A DNA stretch of 32,000 nucleotides from Candidatus Iainarchaeum sp. (GTDB taxonomy: Archaea; Iainarchaeota; Iainarchaeia; Iainarchaeales; CSSED10-239): the NCBI GenBank assembly GCA_028700115.1, contig JAQVTI010000001.1, forward strand, positions 120,001 to 152,000. Reading direction: 5' to 3'. The notes beneath the pieces are model-generated. The model ran no database searches. It saw only the letters and a program-made list of their open reading frames with translations, and was not told where the DNA came from. The translations under genes were made by a program, and so were the position numbers. Below, one piece after another: positions 9,072 to 17,179 of the stretch. Within the stretch, counting starts at the first letter, position 1; every line of letters begins with the position of its first letter.

Positions 9072-9935
9072 ATGGAAGAAAAATACAAACAAAAAATAAT
9101 AAAAGAAATAACAACAAATAAAACAATTTGTTTATTAGCACCTTCTTTTCCAGTAGATTTCAAATATCCAGATATAGTATATAAACTGAGACAAATTGGA
9201 TTTGATAAAATATTTGAATTAACATATGCGGCAAAAATAATTAACCAACATTATCATACAATAATAAAAAATGAAAACAAAAAACAATTTATAGCAGCAA
9301 ATTGCCCATGTACAATAACATATATAGAAAATCAATTTCCTGAATTTAAAAAAAACATAATAAACATTGCATCACCAATGGTAGTAATGGCAAGATTTTC
9401 AAAAAAAAAATATCCAAAAAAAAAATGTGTTTTTATAGGACCTTGCCTTGCTAAACAACAAGAAGCAAAAAAAAATAAAGAAGTAGATTTTGCAATAACA
9501 TTTAAAAACCTATATGAAATATTTAAATATTTTGAAAAAGAAAAAAAATTTAGAAAAATTAAAAAATCAAAAAAAAATTTGCAATTTGATTCATTATATA
9601 ATGATTATACAAAAATATATCCATTATCAGGAGCAGTTGCAAAAACAATGCATTATAAAAAAATACTTAAAAAAAATCAAATAATTGTTGCAGATGGGGT
9701 TATAAAAATTAAAGAAGCACTTGAAAAAATGAAAATTAATAAAAATATAAAATTCTTAGATGCACTTTTTTGTAAAGGAGGATGCATTGGAGGACCAGGA
9801 ATTATTTCTAAAAATAATTTAAATACAAAAATTAAAAAAATAAAAGAATATAGAAAAAATGCAAAAAAAGAAAAAATAGGAAAACATAAAGGATTATTTA
9901 AATATTCTAAAAATTTAAATGTAAAAAGAAAATAA
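9072..9935 (+). CDS. [FeFe]-hydrogenase H-domain-like protein (minimal, no accessory cluster domains)
   Basis: Three H-cluster signature blocks in canonical order: AANCPCT (Cys78/Cys80, nt 9303-9311), GPCLAKQQE (Cys125, Lys128, Glu131) and FCKGGCIGGPG (Cys234/Cys238). Also LLAPSFPV...LRQIGFDKIFELTYAA at the N-terminus. ATG is 1 nt after the taw1 stop. Confidence 0.7.
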   Translation: MEEKYKQKIIKEITTNKTICLLAPSFPVDFKYPDIVYKLRQIGFDKIFELTYAAKIINQHYHTIIKNENKKQFIAANCPCTITYIENQFPEFKKNIINIASPMVVMARFSKKKYPKKKCVFIGPCLAKQQEAKKNKEVDFAITFKNLYEIFKYFEKEKKFRKIKKSKKNLQFDSLYNDYTKIYPLSGAVAKTMHYKKILKKNQIIVADGVIKIKEALEKMKINKNIKFLDALFCKGGCIGGPGIISKNNLNTKIKKIKEYRKNAKKEKIGKHKGLFKYSKNLNVKRK

Positions 9936-9959
9936 AAAAATTAATTTCTTAAAAAGAAA

Positions 9960-11108
9960 TTAATCAACTAAACCATCACCAGTTACATTATATACAGCTT
10001 CACCATCTGGAAGAGAAGGAGAATCAACTAATTTTGCAATTCTTTTAGAACCAGTTCCTTTTCTTAAATAAACACGTGTTTTAGAAGCATGTTTTACAAC
10101 ATTCCCACCAATTGCATCTGTTGGGTCTCCAAACAATATATCTGGTCGTGACATAACTTGATTTGTAACAAAAACAACAACATTATAAAGTTCTGCAATC
10201 TTTTGTAAAAGTCTCATATGCTTATTGATTTTTTGTTGCCTATCTGATAATTGACCTCTACCAGTAAACTCAGATCTAAATTGACTAGTTAAAGAATCAA
10301 CAATTACAAGTTTAATATTTTTATCTTTAATTAAATCAACACCCTTTTCTGCAAGAAGCATTTGATGATCACTATTATATGCTCTTGCAACAAATATATT
10401 TTTCATAACCTTTTCAGGATCAAGTCCTCTATATTGAGCAATTTGAGACACTCTTTCAGGTCTAAAAGAATTTTCTGTATCAATATATAAAACAGCTCCA
10501 TCTAAACCACCTTGATCTTTAGGAAGTTGAGCAGTAACACATAATTGAAAACACCATTGACTTTTTCCAGAAGCAAACTTTCCATAAACTTCTGTAATTG
10601 ATTGACTTTCAATTCCACCACCTAATAACTCATCAAGACTTGAAGAACCAGTAGTTATTCTTGAAATTAATTTTCTTCTATCTAAAATTTTTTCAGCACT
10701 TTCAAAACCCATCTCAAGTGCATCTCTTGCAGCTTTAATTGCTTTTATAGCAGTACCTTCACCTAAAGATGCAACAGCAACAAGCTCCATAGGTGATGCA
10801 ACTGCAATAGATTCATAAGTTTCATAACCTGCGGCTTTTAATTTTTCTGCAGAAGTTGGACCAATACCAGGAAGATCAGTTATTTCTTTTGGTTTTATTT
10901 TTTCTTTTATAGGATCATCTATAATTTCATCATCTACATCTACTGGAGAATCTAAATTATCATAATCTTCTACACCTTCTTGATAACTATCATCTAAATT
11001 TTTATCTAAATTTATATTTTTTTTAGACATATTAAACACCTTCTTTTTATTTTTTATAAACTTTTTAAATTGCGTTTTATTTCTTGTGTTTCTCGCCTCA
11101 CAAATCAT
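9960..11108 (-). CDS. radA: DNA repair and recombination protein RadA
   Basis: HhH segment LPGIGPTSAEKLKAAGY, Walker A GKFASGKSQ, Walker B LVIVDS, and the rest of the RadA/Rad51 core. The probable true start is the ATG at 11028-11030 (MSKKNINL...), preceded by GAAGGTG at a 6-nt spacing. The ORF-track N-terminal 26 aa are probably not coding. Confidence 0.95.
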   Translation of the reverse strand: MICEARNTRNKTQFKKFIKNKKKVFNMSKKNINLDKNLDDSYQEGVEDYDNLDSPVDVDDEIIDDPIKEKIKPKEITDLPGIGPTSAEKLKAAGYETYESIAVASPMELVAVASLGEGTAIKAIKAARDALEMGFESAEKILDRRKLISRITTGSSSLDELLGGGIESQSITEVYGKFASGKSQWCFQLCVTAQLPKDQGGLDGAVLYIDTENSFRPERVSQIAQYRGLDPEKVMKNIFVARAYNSDHQMLLAEKGVDLIKDKNIKLVIVDSLTSQFRSEFTGRGQLSDRQQKINKHMRLLQKIAELYNVVVFVTNQVMSRPDILFGDPTDAIGGNVVKHASKTRVYLRKGTGSKRIAKLVDSPSLPDGEAVYNVTGDGLVD

Positions 11109-11428
11109 AACTTAAGTGAAGATATAACTTAAGAAAATATATATATATATATTATATAATTTAAATATATAATATAATCTATTATACTAAAATTAATTTT
11201 AATTTAACATAATATATTATTAATCAATATTTGTATACCTCCTATTTATAAACAGTTTTTTAAATTGTTTACAAATTATATAATTAAATAATATATGATA
11301 ATAAATAAGTTAATTTCTAAAGACCTTGTGACCGAGAAAAAAAATATAAAAATAAATTAAATATAAATATATTTCTATTTACTATTAAGATAGAAATTAA
11401 TATAAAAATACTAATAAAATGAAAAAAT

Positions 11429-13558
11429 ATGCTTGACGATAATAATATTAAATGGTTTAAAGATATAAAAGATAGTGAAATTACAGAAATAGGATATAAA
11501 GCACATAGACTTTCTGAATTACATAAATCACATTTCCCAATACCAAGAGGGTTTGTAATAAACTCAAAATATTATTTTAGTTTTTTTCAACAAAATGATC
11601 TTAAAGAAAAAATCTTAGAAATTTTAAAAACAATAAATATAGATAATAAAGAGGAAATTTTAAAAAAATCAAAACAAATTAAAGATTTAATATATAAAAC
11701 TAAATTTAAAGAAAAATTTATTAATGAAATTGCAAAAATGTATAATAAAATTGGAGAATCACAAATAGGATGGCTAAATAGTAAAGTCGATGAATATGTT
11801 GCAATTAGAGTATCTATAGTTTCAGAAAAGCACCCCCCTAAAGAACTAGATTTTATTGAAAAATATAGTGGTTTTCTAAATATTAAAGGAATTAACCAAA
11901 TTATGGAATGTATTAAAGAAATATGGGCATCTTCTTTTGATCCAGAATTAATTATTGAAAAAAATAAAAAAAATATTTCAGATAATGATTTTGCTATCGC
12001 AATAATTATTCAAAAAATGATAAATGCACCAATTTCAGGAATTATGAAAACAACAAATGATATTGGAGAAAAAAATACAATTATTGAAGCAATATATGGT
12101 TTTGGAGGAAGTGGTATAATTTGCCAAATAACTCCAGATAATTATGAAGTAAATAAAAAAAATATAGAAATTATTAGAAAAACACAATCAAAACAAGAAT
12201 GGATGTTAAAAAGAATAGTTGGGAAAACAACAAAAGTTATAATTGATGAAAATAAAAAAAATAAACCTAAATTAGAAAATCACGATATTAAAGAGCTTAC
12301 ATCTATTGGAAAAAAATTAGAACTTTTTTTTGGAAATCCATTATATGTAGATTGGGTAATTGATAAAGCAGATATATATATTCTTAGTGCTGATCCAATA
12401 GATCCTTCTAAAAAAAAAATTATTAAAAAAAACACAAAAAAAATAGAACATGAAGGATTCCAAGATAAAATGGACTCTTTTAAAAAAGATGTAATTATCC
12501 AAGGAATTCCTGTATCCCCAGGAATAGCAAACGGAGTTGTAAAAATTATAAAAAATAAATTAGATTTAGAAGAAATTGATTCAGAAACAATTTTAGTTTC
12601 AAAAATGACAAGCCTAGAAATGACTCCATATGTTAAAAAAGCAAAAGCTGTAATTACAGATGCAGGAAGTACTATTTGCCATGCAGCATTAATTTCAAAA
12701 AAATATGATATTCCATGTATAGTTCATACAGAATATGCAACAAGTAAATTAAAAGATGGACAAAATATACAAGTAAATGGAAATAATGGAAAAGTATATA
12801 ATCTTACAGGAGTAAAAATTATAAAAATAAAAAAAGAAGAAGAAAAAGAAATAAAAATGATTGAAAAAGAAAGCGAGATTCCAAAAACATTTACACAAAT
12901 AATTGTAAAAATTGATGAAATTGAAAAATTAAGAGAAATAAATAAAGAAGACATTAATGGAATATATATATGTACACAAAATCTTTTTACAAAAGAAGAA
13001 TATATAGAAATAATTAAAGATAAAGAAATATTAATTAAAAAAATTAGATCAAAAATTGATTTAATTAAAAAAATAACAGATAATAAAAAAATATATTATG
13101 AAATAAATCTCCATCAAAAAGACTTAGTTTATGAAAATATTTCTAATTATGAATTAGAAGCAATTTTTGAAGAAAATAATGAAAATATAAAAATTATTTT
13201 AGACAATATAAAATCTAAAGAAGAAATTATCCCAATAGAACAGAATACAATAAATAAAATTGGAATAAAAATAGATTCATTAAATACAAATATAATTTAT
13301 TCAATATTAGAAAATATAGAAACAATTATAATTAATACAGATAATTTTGATAAATCTAAAAATGTTGAAATTACAAATATTTGTAAAGAAAATAAAATTA
13401 AAAAAATAATTAATATTAATAAAAATAATAAAAAAAATATAAAAGAATATATTGAATCAAAAATAAATGCAATAATTATAGACTATAATGAAATTAATCT
13501 AAAAGAAATAGTCTATAAAAAAGAACAAGAGATGTTAAAAGATTTATTATCAATTTAA
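11429..13558 (+). CDS. PEP synthase / pyruvate,water dikinase-like protein with divergent C-terminal region
   Basis: N-terminal PPDK_N/ATP-grasp pattern (IGYKAHRLSEL...PIPRGFVI, WASSFDPE, ISGIMKT, EAIYGFGG). Swivelling phospho-His domain (GIPVSPGIANGVV...VITDAGSTICHAALISKKYDIPCIV; His codon 12680-12682). The last about 240 aa are K/I/E/N-rich and lack recognisable PEP-utilizer TIM-barrel motifs. Confidence 0.75.
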   Translation: MLDDNNIKWFKDIKDSEITEIGYKAHRLSELHKSHFPIPRGFVINSKYYFSFFQQNDLKEKILEILKTINIDNKEEILKKSKQIKDLIYKTKFKEKFINEIAKMYNKIGESQIGWLNSKVDEYVAIRVSIVSEKHPPKELDFIEKYSGFLNIKGINQIMECIKEIWASSFDPELIIEKNKKNISDNDFAIAIIIQKMINAPISGIMKTTNDIGEKNTIIEAIYGFGGSGIICQITPDNYEVNKKNIEIIRKTQSKQEWMLKRIVGKTTKVIIDENKKNKPKLENHDIKELTSIGKKLELFFGNPLYVDWVIDKADIYILSADPIDPSKKKIIKKNTKKIEHEGFQDKMDSFKKDVIIQGIPVSPGIANGVVKIIKNKLDLEEIDSETILVSKMTSLEMTPYVKKAKAVITDAGSTICHAALISKKYDIPCIVHTEYATSKLKDGQNIQVNGNNGKVYNLTGVKIIKIKKEEEKEIKMIEKESEIPKTFTQIIVKIDEIEKLREINKEDINGIYICTQNLFTKEEYIEIIKDKEILIKKIRSKIDLIKKITDNKKIYYEINLHQKDLVYENISNYELEAIFEENNENIKIILDNIKSKEEIIPIEQNTINKIGIKIDSLNTNIIYSILENIETIIINTDNFDKSKNVEITNICKENKIKKIININKNNKKNIKEYIESKINAIIIDYNEINLKEIVYKKEQEMLKDLLSI

Positions 13559-13791
13559 ATTTTACCTCTTGAAGCCATAAAAGATAAAACAGAAACAACA
13601 TGCTTATAGGATACATTTGGGTTATTTATAAATATTTTTTTTATTTCTTCTTTTTGAATATCTGATAACCTAGAATAACTTTTTCTAACTTCTTTTAATA
13701 ATAATTGATATTTTTTAGATACAGAAAGCGGATTTAAATTATTCTTTTTTGAAATATTTTCAACTTCTTTTACACCTAAAGTAAATCTCAC
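13555..13791 (-). CDS. Hypothetical small basic protein (78 aa)
   Basis: ORF only, with a GTG start and no motif I recognise. Co-oriented with and just downstream of tRNA-Cys. 4-nt convergent overlap with the PpsA-like gene end. Coding status uncertain. Confidence 0.3.
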   Translation of the reverse strand: MRFTLGVKEVENISKKNNLNPLSVSKKYQLLLKEVRKSYSRLSDIQKEEIKKIFINNPNVSYKHVVSVLSFMASRGKI

Positions 13792-13835
13792 TTTATTTTT
13801 TTTAATAATAATATCACCTTAAAATTATATTTAAA

Positions 13836-13906
13836 AGCCAAGGTAGGGAGTCGAACCCCACTCTTCCGCTCTGCAGGCGGAGGCATAACCGATCTGCCAC
13901 CTTGGC
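13836..13906 (-). tRNA. tRNA-Cys (anticodon GCA)
   Basis: Hand-folded from the reverse complement: GCCAAGG TG GCAG ATCGGTTA TGC C TCCGC CT-GCA-GA GCGGA AGAG TGGGG TTCGACT CCCTA CCTTGGC T. Perfect 7-bp acceptor stem. Discriminator U73 is the known tRNA-Cys identity element. No encoded CCA. Confidence 0.9.
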
Positions 13907-13989
13907 ATATTTTAATGAAAAGGTTTATATGATATTTTCTATATTAAATATATATAAACAAAAGAATTTATAAACAAAATGGATAAATT

Positions 13990-15198
13990 ATGAAAATTGC
14001 AATAATTAGTGATTGGCATTTGGGATTAAATTGGAAAACAGAATTAGAAATGGATTCATTTATACAACTAGAAGAAGCATTTAAACAAATAGAAACAGAA
14101 AATGTAGATTTAGTGCTATGTGCTGGGGATTTATTTGATAAACAATTACCTAATCATGAAGTTTATTTTCAAGCAATAAAAGTTTTAAATAAAATAAATA
14201 TTAAAAATAATATAGAACTTAAAAATAAATTTGGGCAATTGTTAAAAATACCAATGATAGGAATTATTGGAAATCATGAATATAGAGGAAAAGACTATAT
14301 TTCTACTGTTGAACTTTTAGAAATTATTGGATTTTTAAAAGTAATCCATGCAGAAAATATAAAAATTGAAAAAGAAAATGAAAAAATAAATATTTTTGGA
14401 ATTTCTGGACTTCCAGATTCATTAATTAAAGAAATATTAAATAAATGGAATCCAAAACCTATAGAAAATGAAAAAAATATATTATTACTCCATCAATCTA
14501 TAAAAGAATATCTACCATTTGAAACAGAAGATATGCTTTCTTTATCAAATCTCCCAAAAGGATTTAATTTAATTATAAATGGACATCTTCATTGGAATAC
14601 ATTAATAGATTTAGAACAAGGAAAATTTCTTATGCCTGGATCAACTGTTGCAACTCAACTTAAAAAAATAGAATCTAATAATAAAAAAGGATTTTATATC
14701 TATGATTCAAAAAAAGAAGAATATAAATATATAGAAATAAAAAATACAAGACAAATAATATATCTTGATTTAAAATATAATAATAAAACAATATCTGAAA
14801 TAAAATATAATATAATTGAAAAAATTAATCAAAGCTTAGAAAAAATAAAAAAAGAAAATATAAATAAAAAACCATTTATTAGAATAAAAATAAAAGGAGA
14901 ATTAGAAGATGGATTTTTTTCAAAAGATTTAAATATATCATATATTGAAAAAGAATTTCAAGAAAAAGCATATATTTCTATATCAAATAAATTAGAAGAA
15001 AAATCAATAAAAGAAAGTGTTGAAAAATTAAAAGATCTACAAAAAAATAAAGGAAATATTTTTGAAATATCTAAAGAAATCTTTTTTGAACAACTTAAAC
15101 AAACAAAATTAAATAATTCTTTTGATACTAAAAGACTTTTTGAAGCATTATACAATAAAGATATAGAAAAGGCAAAAGAAATTATTTTTAAAAACTAA
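13990..15198 (+). CDS. mre11: DNA double-strand break repair nuclease Mre11
   Basis: Calcineurin-like phosphoesterase motifs in Mre11 order: IAIISDWHLG, AGDLFD, GNHE, LLLHQ, GHLH. Confidence 0.85.
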   Translation: MKIAIISDWHLGLNWKTELEMDSFIQLEEAFKQIETENVDLVLCAGDLFDKQLPNHEVYFQAIKVLNKINIKNNIELKNKFGQLLKIPMIGIIGNHEYRGKDYISTVELLEIIGFLKVIHAENIKIEKENEKINIFGISGLPDSLIKEILNKWNPKPIENEKNILLLHQSIKEYLPFETEDMLSLSNLPKGFNLIINGHLHWNTLIDLEQGKFLMPGSTVATQLKKIESNNKKGFYIYDSKKEEYKYIEIKNTRQIIYLDLKYNNKTISEIKYNIIEKINQSLEKIKKENINKKPFIRIKIKGELEDGFFSKDLNISYIEKEFQEKAYISISNKLEEKSIKESVEKLKDLQKNKGNIFEISKEIFFEQLKQTKLNNSFDTKRLFEALYNKDIEKAKEIIFKN

Positions 15199-15247
15199 TT
15201 TTAAATTAAAACAATACTTATTTAAAATAGTTTATACTAACATATAT

Positions 15248-15553
15248 ATGAATTATAAATCATATCATTTATTTGAAGTAATATCTAATAAAACTAGATG
15301 GAAAATAATAAGTACACTTTACAAATCAGAAAAATGCGTTAAAGAAATTTGTAAAGATATAAAAGAAGAACAATCAAAAGTTAGTCATAATCTAAAAATA
15401 TTATCTAATTGTAAAATTGTTTTTTATAAAAGAGAAGGGAAATATAAAACTTATTCTTTAAATAAAAAAACAATTATACCAATAATAGAAATTACAGAAA
15501 AACATATAGATAATTTTTGTAAAAAAGAAGGGTGTAAATTTAAAAAAGATTAA
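15248..15553 (+). CDS. ArsR/SmtB-family winged-helix transcriptional regulator
   Basis: About 100 aa. LFEVISNKTRWKIISTLYKSEKCVKEICKDI...QSKVSHNLKIL...IVFYKREGKYKTYSLN matches the ArsR HTH plus wing. Stop is 2 nt before the iscS ATG. Confidence 0.75.
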   Translation: MNYKSYHLFEVISNKTRWKIISTLYKSEKCVKEICKDIKEEQSKVSHNLKILSNCKIVFYKREGKYKTYSLNKKTIIPIIEITEKHIDNFCKKEGCKFKKD

Positions 15554-15555
15554 AT

Positions 15556-16701
15556 ATGAAACAAATTTATTTAGATTATGCTGCTACTACACCTGTAGTT
15601 AAAGAAGTATATGATGAAATGAAAGATTATTTTTTAAAAAATTATGGAAATACATCTAGTCTTCATATACTTGGACAAAATGCAGATGAAAAAGTAGAAA
15701 AAGTAAGAGAAAAAATTAAACAAAAATTAAATGCAAAAGATCACAAAGTAATTTTTACTTCAGGAGGAACAGAAAGTAATAACTTAGCTATTAAAGGATT
15801 AGTTTATGCAAACAAAGAAAAAAAACATATAATTATTTCAAAAATAGAACATGATTGTATTTTAAAAACTGCAAAATTTTTAGAAAAACAAGGATATGAA
15901 GTCACATATTTAAATGTTGATAAAGAAGGTTTTATTGATTTAAAACAATTAGAAAAATCTATTAAAAAAGAAACTATATTAGTTTCAATAATGCACGCAA
16001 ACAATGAAATAGGAACTTTGCAAAATCTTAAAGAAATTGGAAAAATTTGTAAAGAAAAAAAGGTTTTATTTCATACAGATGCTTGTCAAAGTTTTACAAA
16101 AGAAAAAATAGATTTAGAAGAATTTAATATAGACTTGATTACAATAAATGCACATAAAATTTATGGCCCTAAAGGAATTGGAGCATTAGTTATTAAAAAT
16201 GGAATTAAACTAACCCCTTTATTACATGGAGGGGGACACGAATATGGTTTTAGAAGTGGAACTTTAAATGTACCTGCTATTATTGGCTTTGGAAAAGCAA
16301 TAGATGTAATTTCTAAAGAAGATATTAAAAAAATGATCGATTTAAGAAATTACATGATTAAAGAAATTTTAAAAAAAATACCAACTTCTAAACTAAATGG
16401 ACCTACAGAAAATAGACTTTGTAATAATTTAAATTTTTTATTTAATTATATAGAAGGAGAATCAATTCTTTTACAATTAGATATGGAAGGAATATGTATT
16501 TCAACAGGATCTGCATGTTCATCAAATACACTTGAAACAAACCACGTAGCAAATGCTATTGGAATACCAAAAGATAAGGCAAATGGAATTATAAGGATAT
16601 CTTTAGGAATAGAAACAACTAAAGAAGAAACAGATATTTTTATTGAAAAATTAATTAAAATTGTAAAAAGACTTACAGACATGTCTCCTCTTACAAAATA
16701 A
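15556..16701 (+). CDS. iscS: Cysteine desulfurase (IscS/NifS class I)
   Basis: YLDYAATTP, FTSGGTESNN, the PLP-lysine region INAHKIYGPKGIGAL, RSGTLNVP, and the active-site loop STGSACSS. Confidence 0.93.
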   Translation: MKQIYLDYAATTPVVKEVYDEMKDYFLKNYGNTSSLHILGQNADEKVEKVREKIKQKLNAKDHKVIFTSGGTESNNLAIKGLVYANKEKKHIIISKIEHDCILKTAKFLEKQGYEVTYLNVDKEGFIDLKQLEKSIKKETILVSIMHANNEIGTLQNLKEIGKICKEKKVLFHTDACQSFTKEKIDLEEFNIDLITINAHKIYGPKGIGALVIKNGIKLTPLLHGGGHEYGFRSGTLNVPAIIGFGKAIDVISKEDIKKMIDLRNYMIKEILKKIPTSKLNGPTENRLCNNLNFLFNYIEGESILLQLDMEGICISTGSACSSNTLETNHVANAIGIPKDKANGIIRISLGIETTKEETDIFIEKLIKIVKRLTDMSPLTK

Positions 16702-16720
16702 GCTTTAAAGAAAATTAATT

Positions 16721-17179
16721 ATGCAAAATATAAAATATTCTAAAAAAGTTAAAGAACATTTTCTACATCCACACAATATGGGTAAAATAAAAAATGCAGA
16801 TGGTATTGGAAAACTTGGAAACCCAGCTTGTGGGGATGTAATGTATATTTATTTAAAAATTATAAAAAAAAATGAAAAAGAAATAATTAAAGATATTAAA
16901 TTTCAAACAATGGGATGTGCAGCTGCAATATCAACATCTTCAATGATTACAGATATAGTAAAAGGAAAAACTTTAGAAGAAGCTTTTAAAATAACTAACA
17001 AAGATGTTGCAAAAGAATTAGATGGATTACCACCAATAAAAATGCATTGTTCTAATCTTGCTGCAGATGTTTTAAAAGAAGCAATAAAAGACTATTATAA
17101 TAAACAAAAAAATAGAAAAATAAAATATGAAAAAACAGCATGTTATAAATGTTGTGATTCTAAAAAAGAAATGGATTGA
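16721..17179 (+). CDS. iscU: Fe-S cluster scaffold IscU/NifU N-terminal-domain protein
   Basis: Three cluster-ligand Cys motifs: GNPACGDVM, FQTMGCAAAISTSS and KMHCSNLAADVLKEAI. Extra C-terminal tail with CYKCC. Confidence 0.92.
   Translation: MQNIKYSKKVKEHFLHPHNMGKIKNADGIGKLGNPACGDVMYIYLKIIKKNEKEIIKDIKFQTMGCAAAISTSSMITDIVKGKTLEEAFKITNKDVAKELDGLPPIKMHCSNLAADVLKEAIKDYYNKQKNRKIKYEKTACYKCCDSKKEMD

Noticed and set aside
9401-9425. Two A10 homopolymer tracts (9401-9410 and 9416-9425) in the hydrogenase-like gene, considered as programmed frameshift or phase-variation sites
   Set aside because: The reading frame is intact across both tracts (SKKKYPKKKC). Long poly-A/Lys runs occur in many genes of this window. 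They are worth checking only as potential sequencing-error hotspots.
11285-11345. Possible C/D-box sRNA or other ncRNA around the slightly GC-richer patch ...atatgataataaataagttaatttctaaagaccttgtgaccgagaaaa
   Set aside because: There is no proper C box (RUGAUGA) or D box (CUGA) pairing and no terminal stem. The region has no tRNA-like or other fold that I could build.
12724-12954. The other antisense ORFs in the track: 1710..1901, 12724..12954, 14958..15155, 15804..16004, 16446..16682, 19796..20053, 21636..21857, 28903..29103, 29016..29237, 30448..30660, 30752..30949
   Set aside because: Each lies fully inside, and opposite to, a gene with strong motif support. Their Phe/Ile/Ser/Leu-rich translations are what is expected from the complement of Lys/Glu/Asn-rich AT-biased coding sequence.
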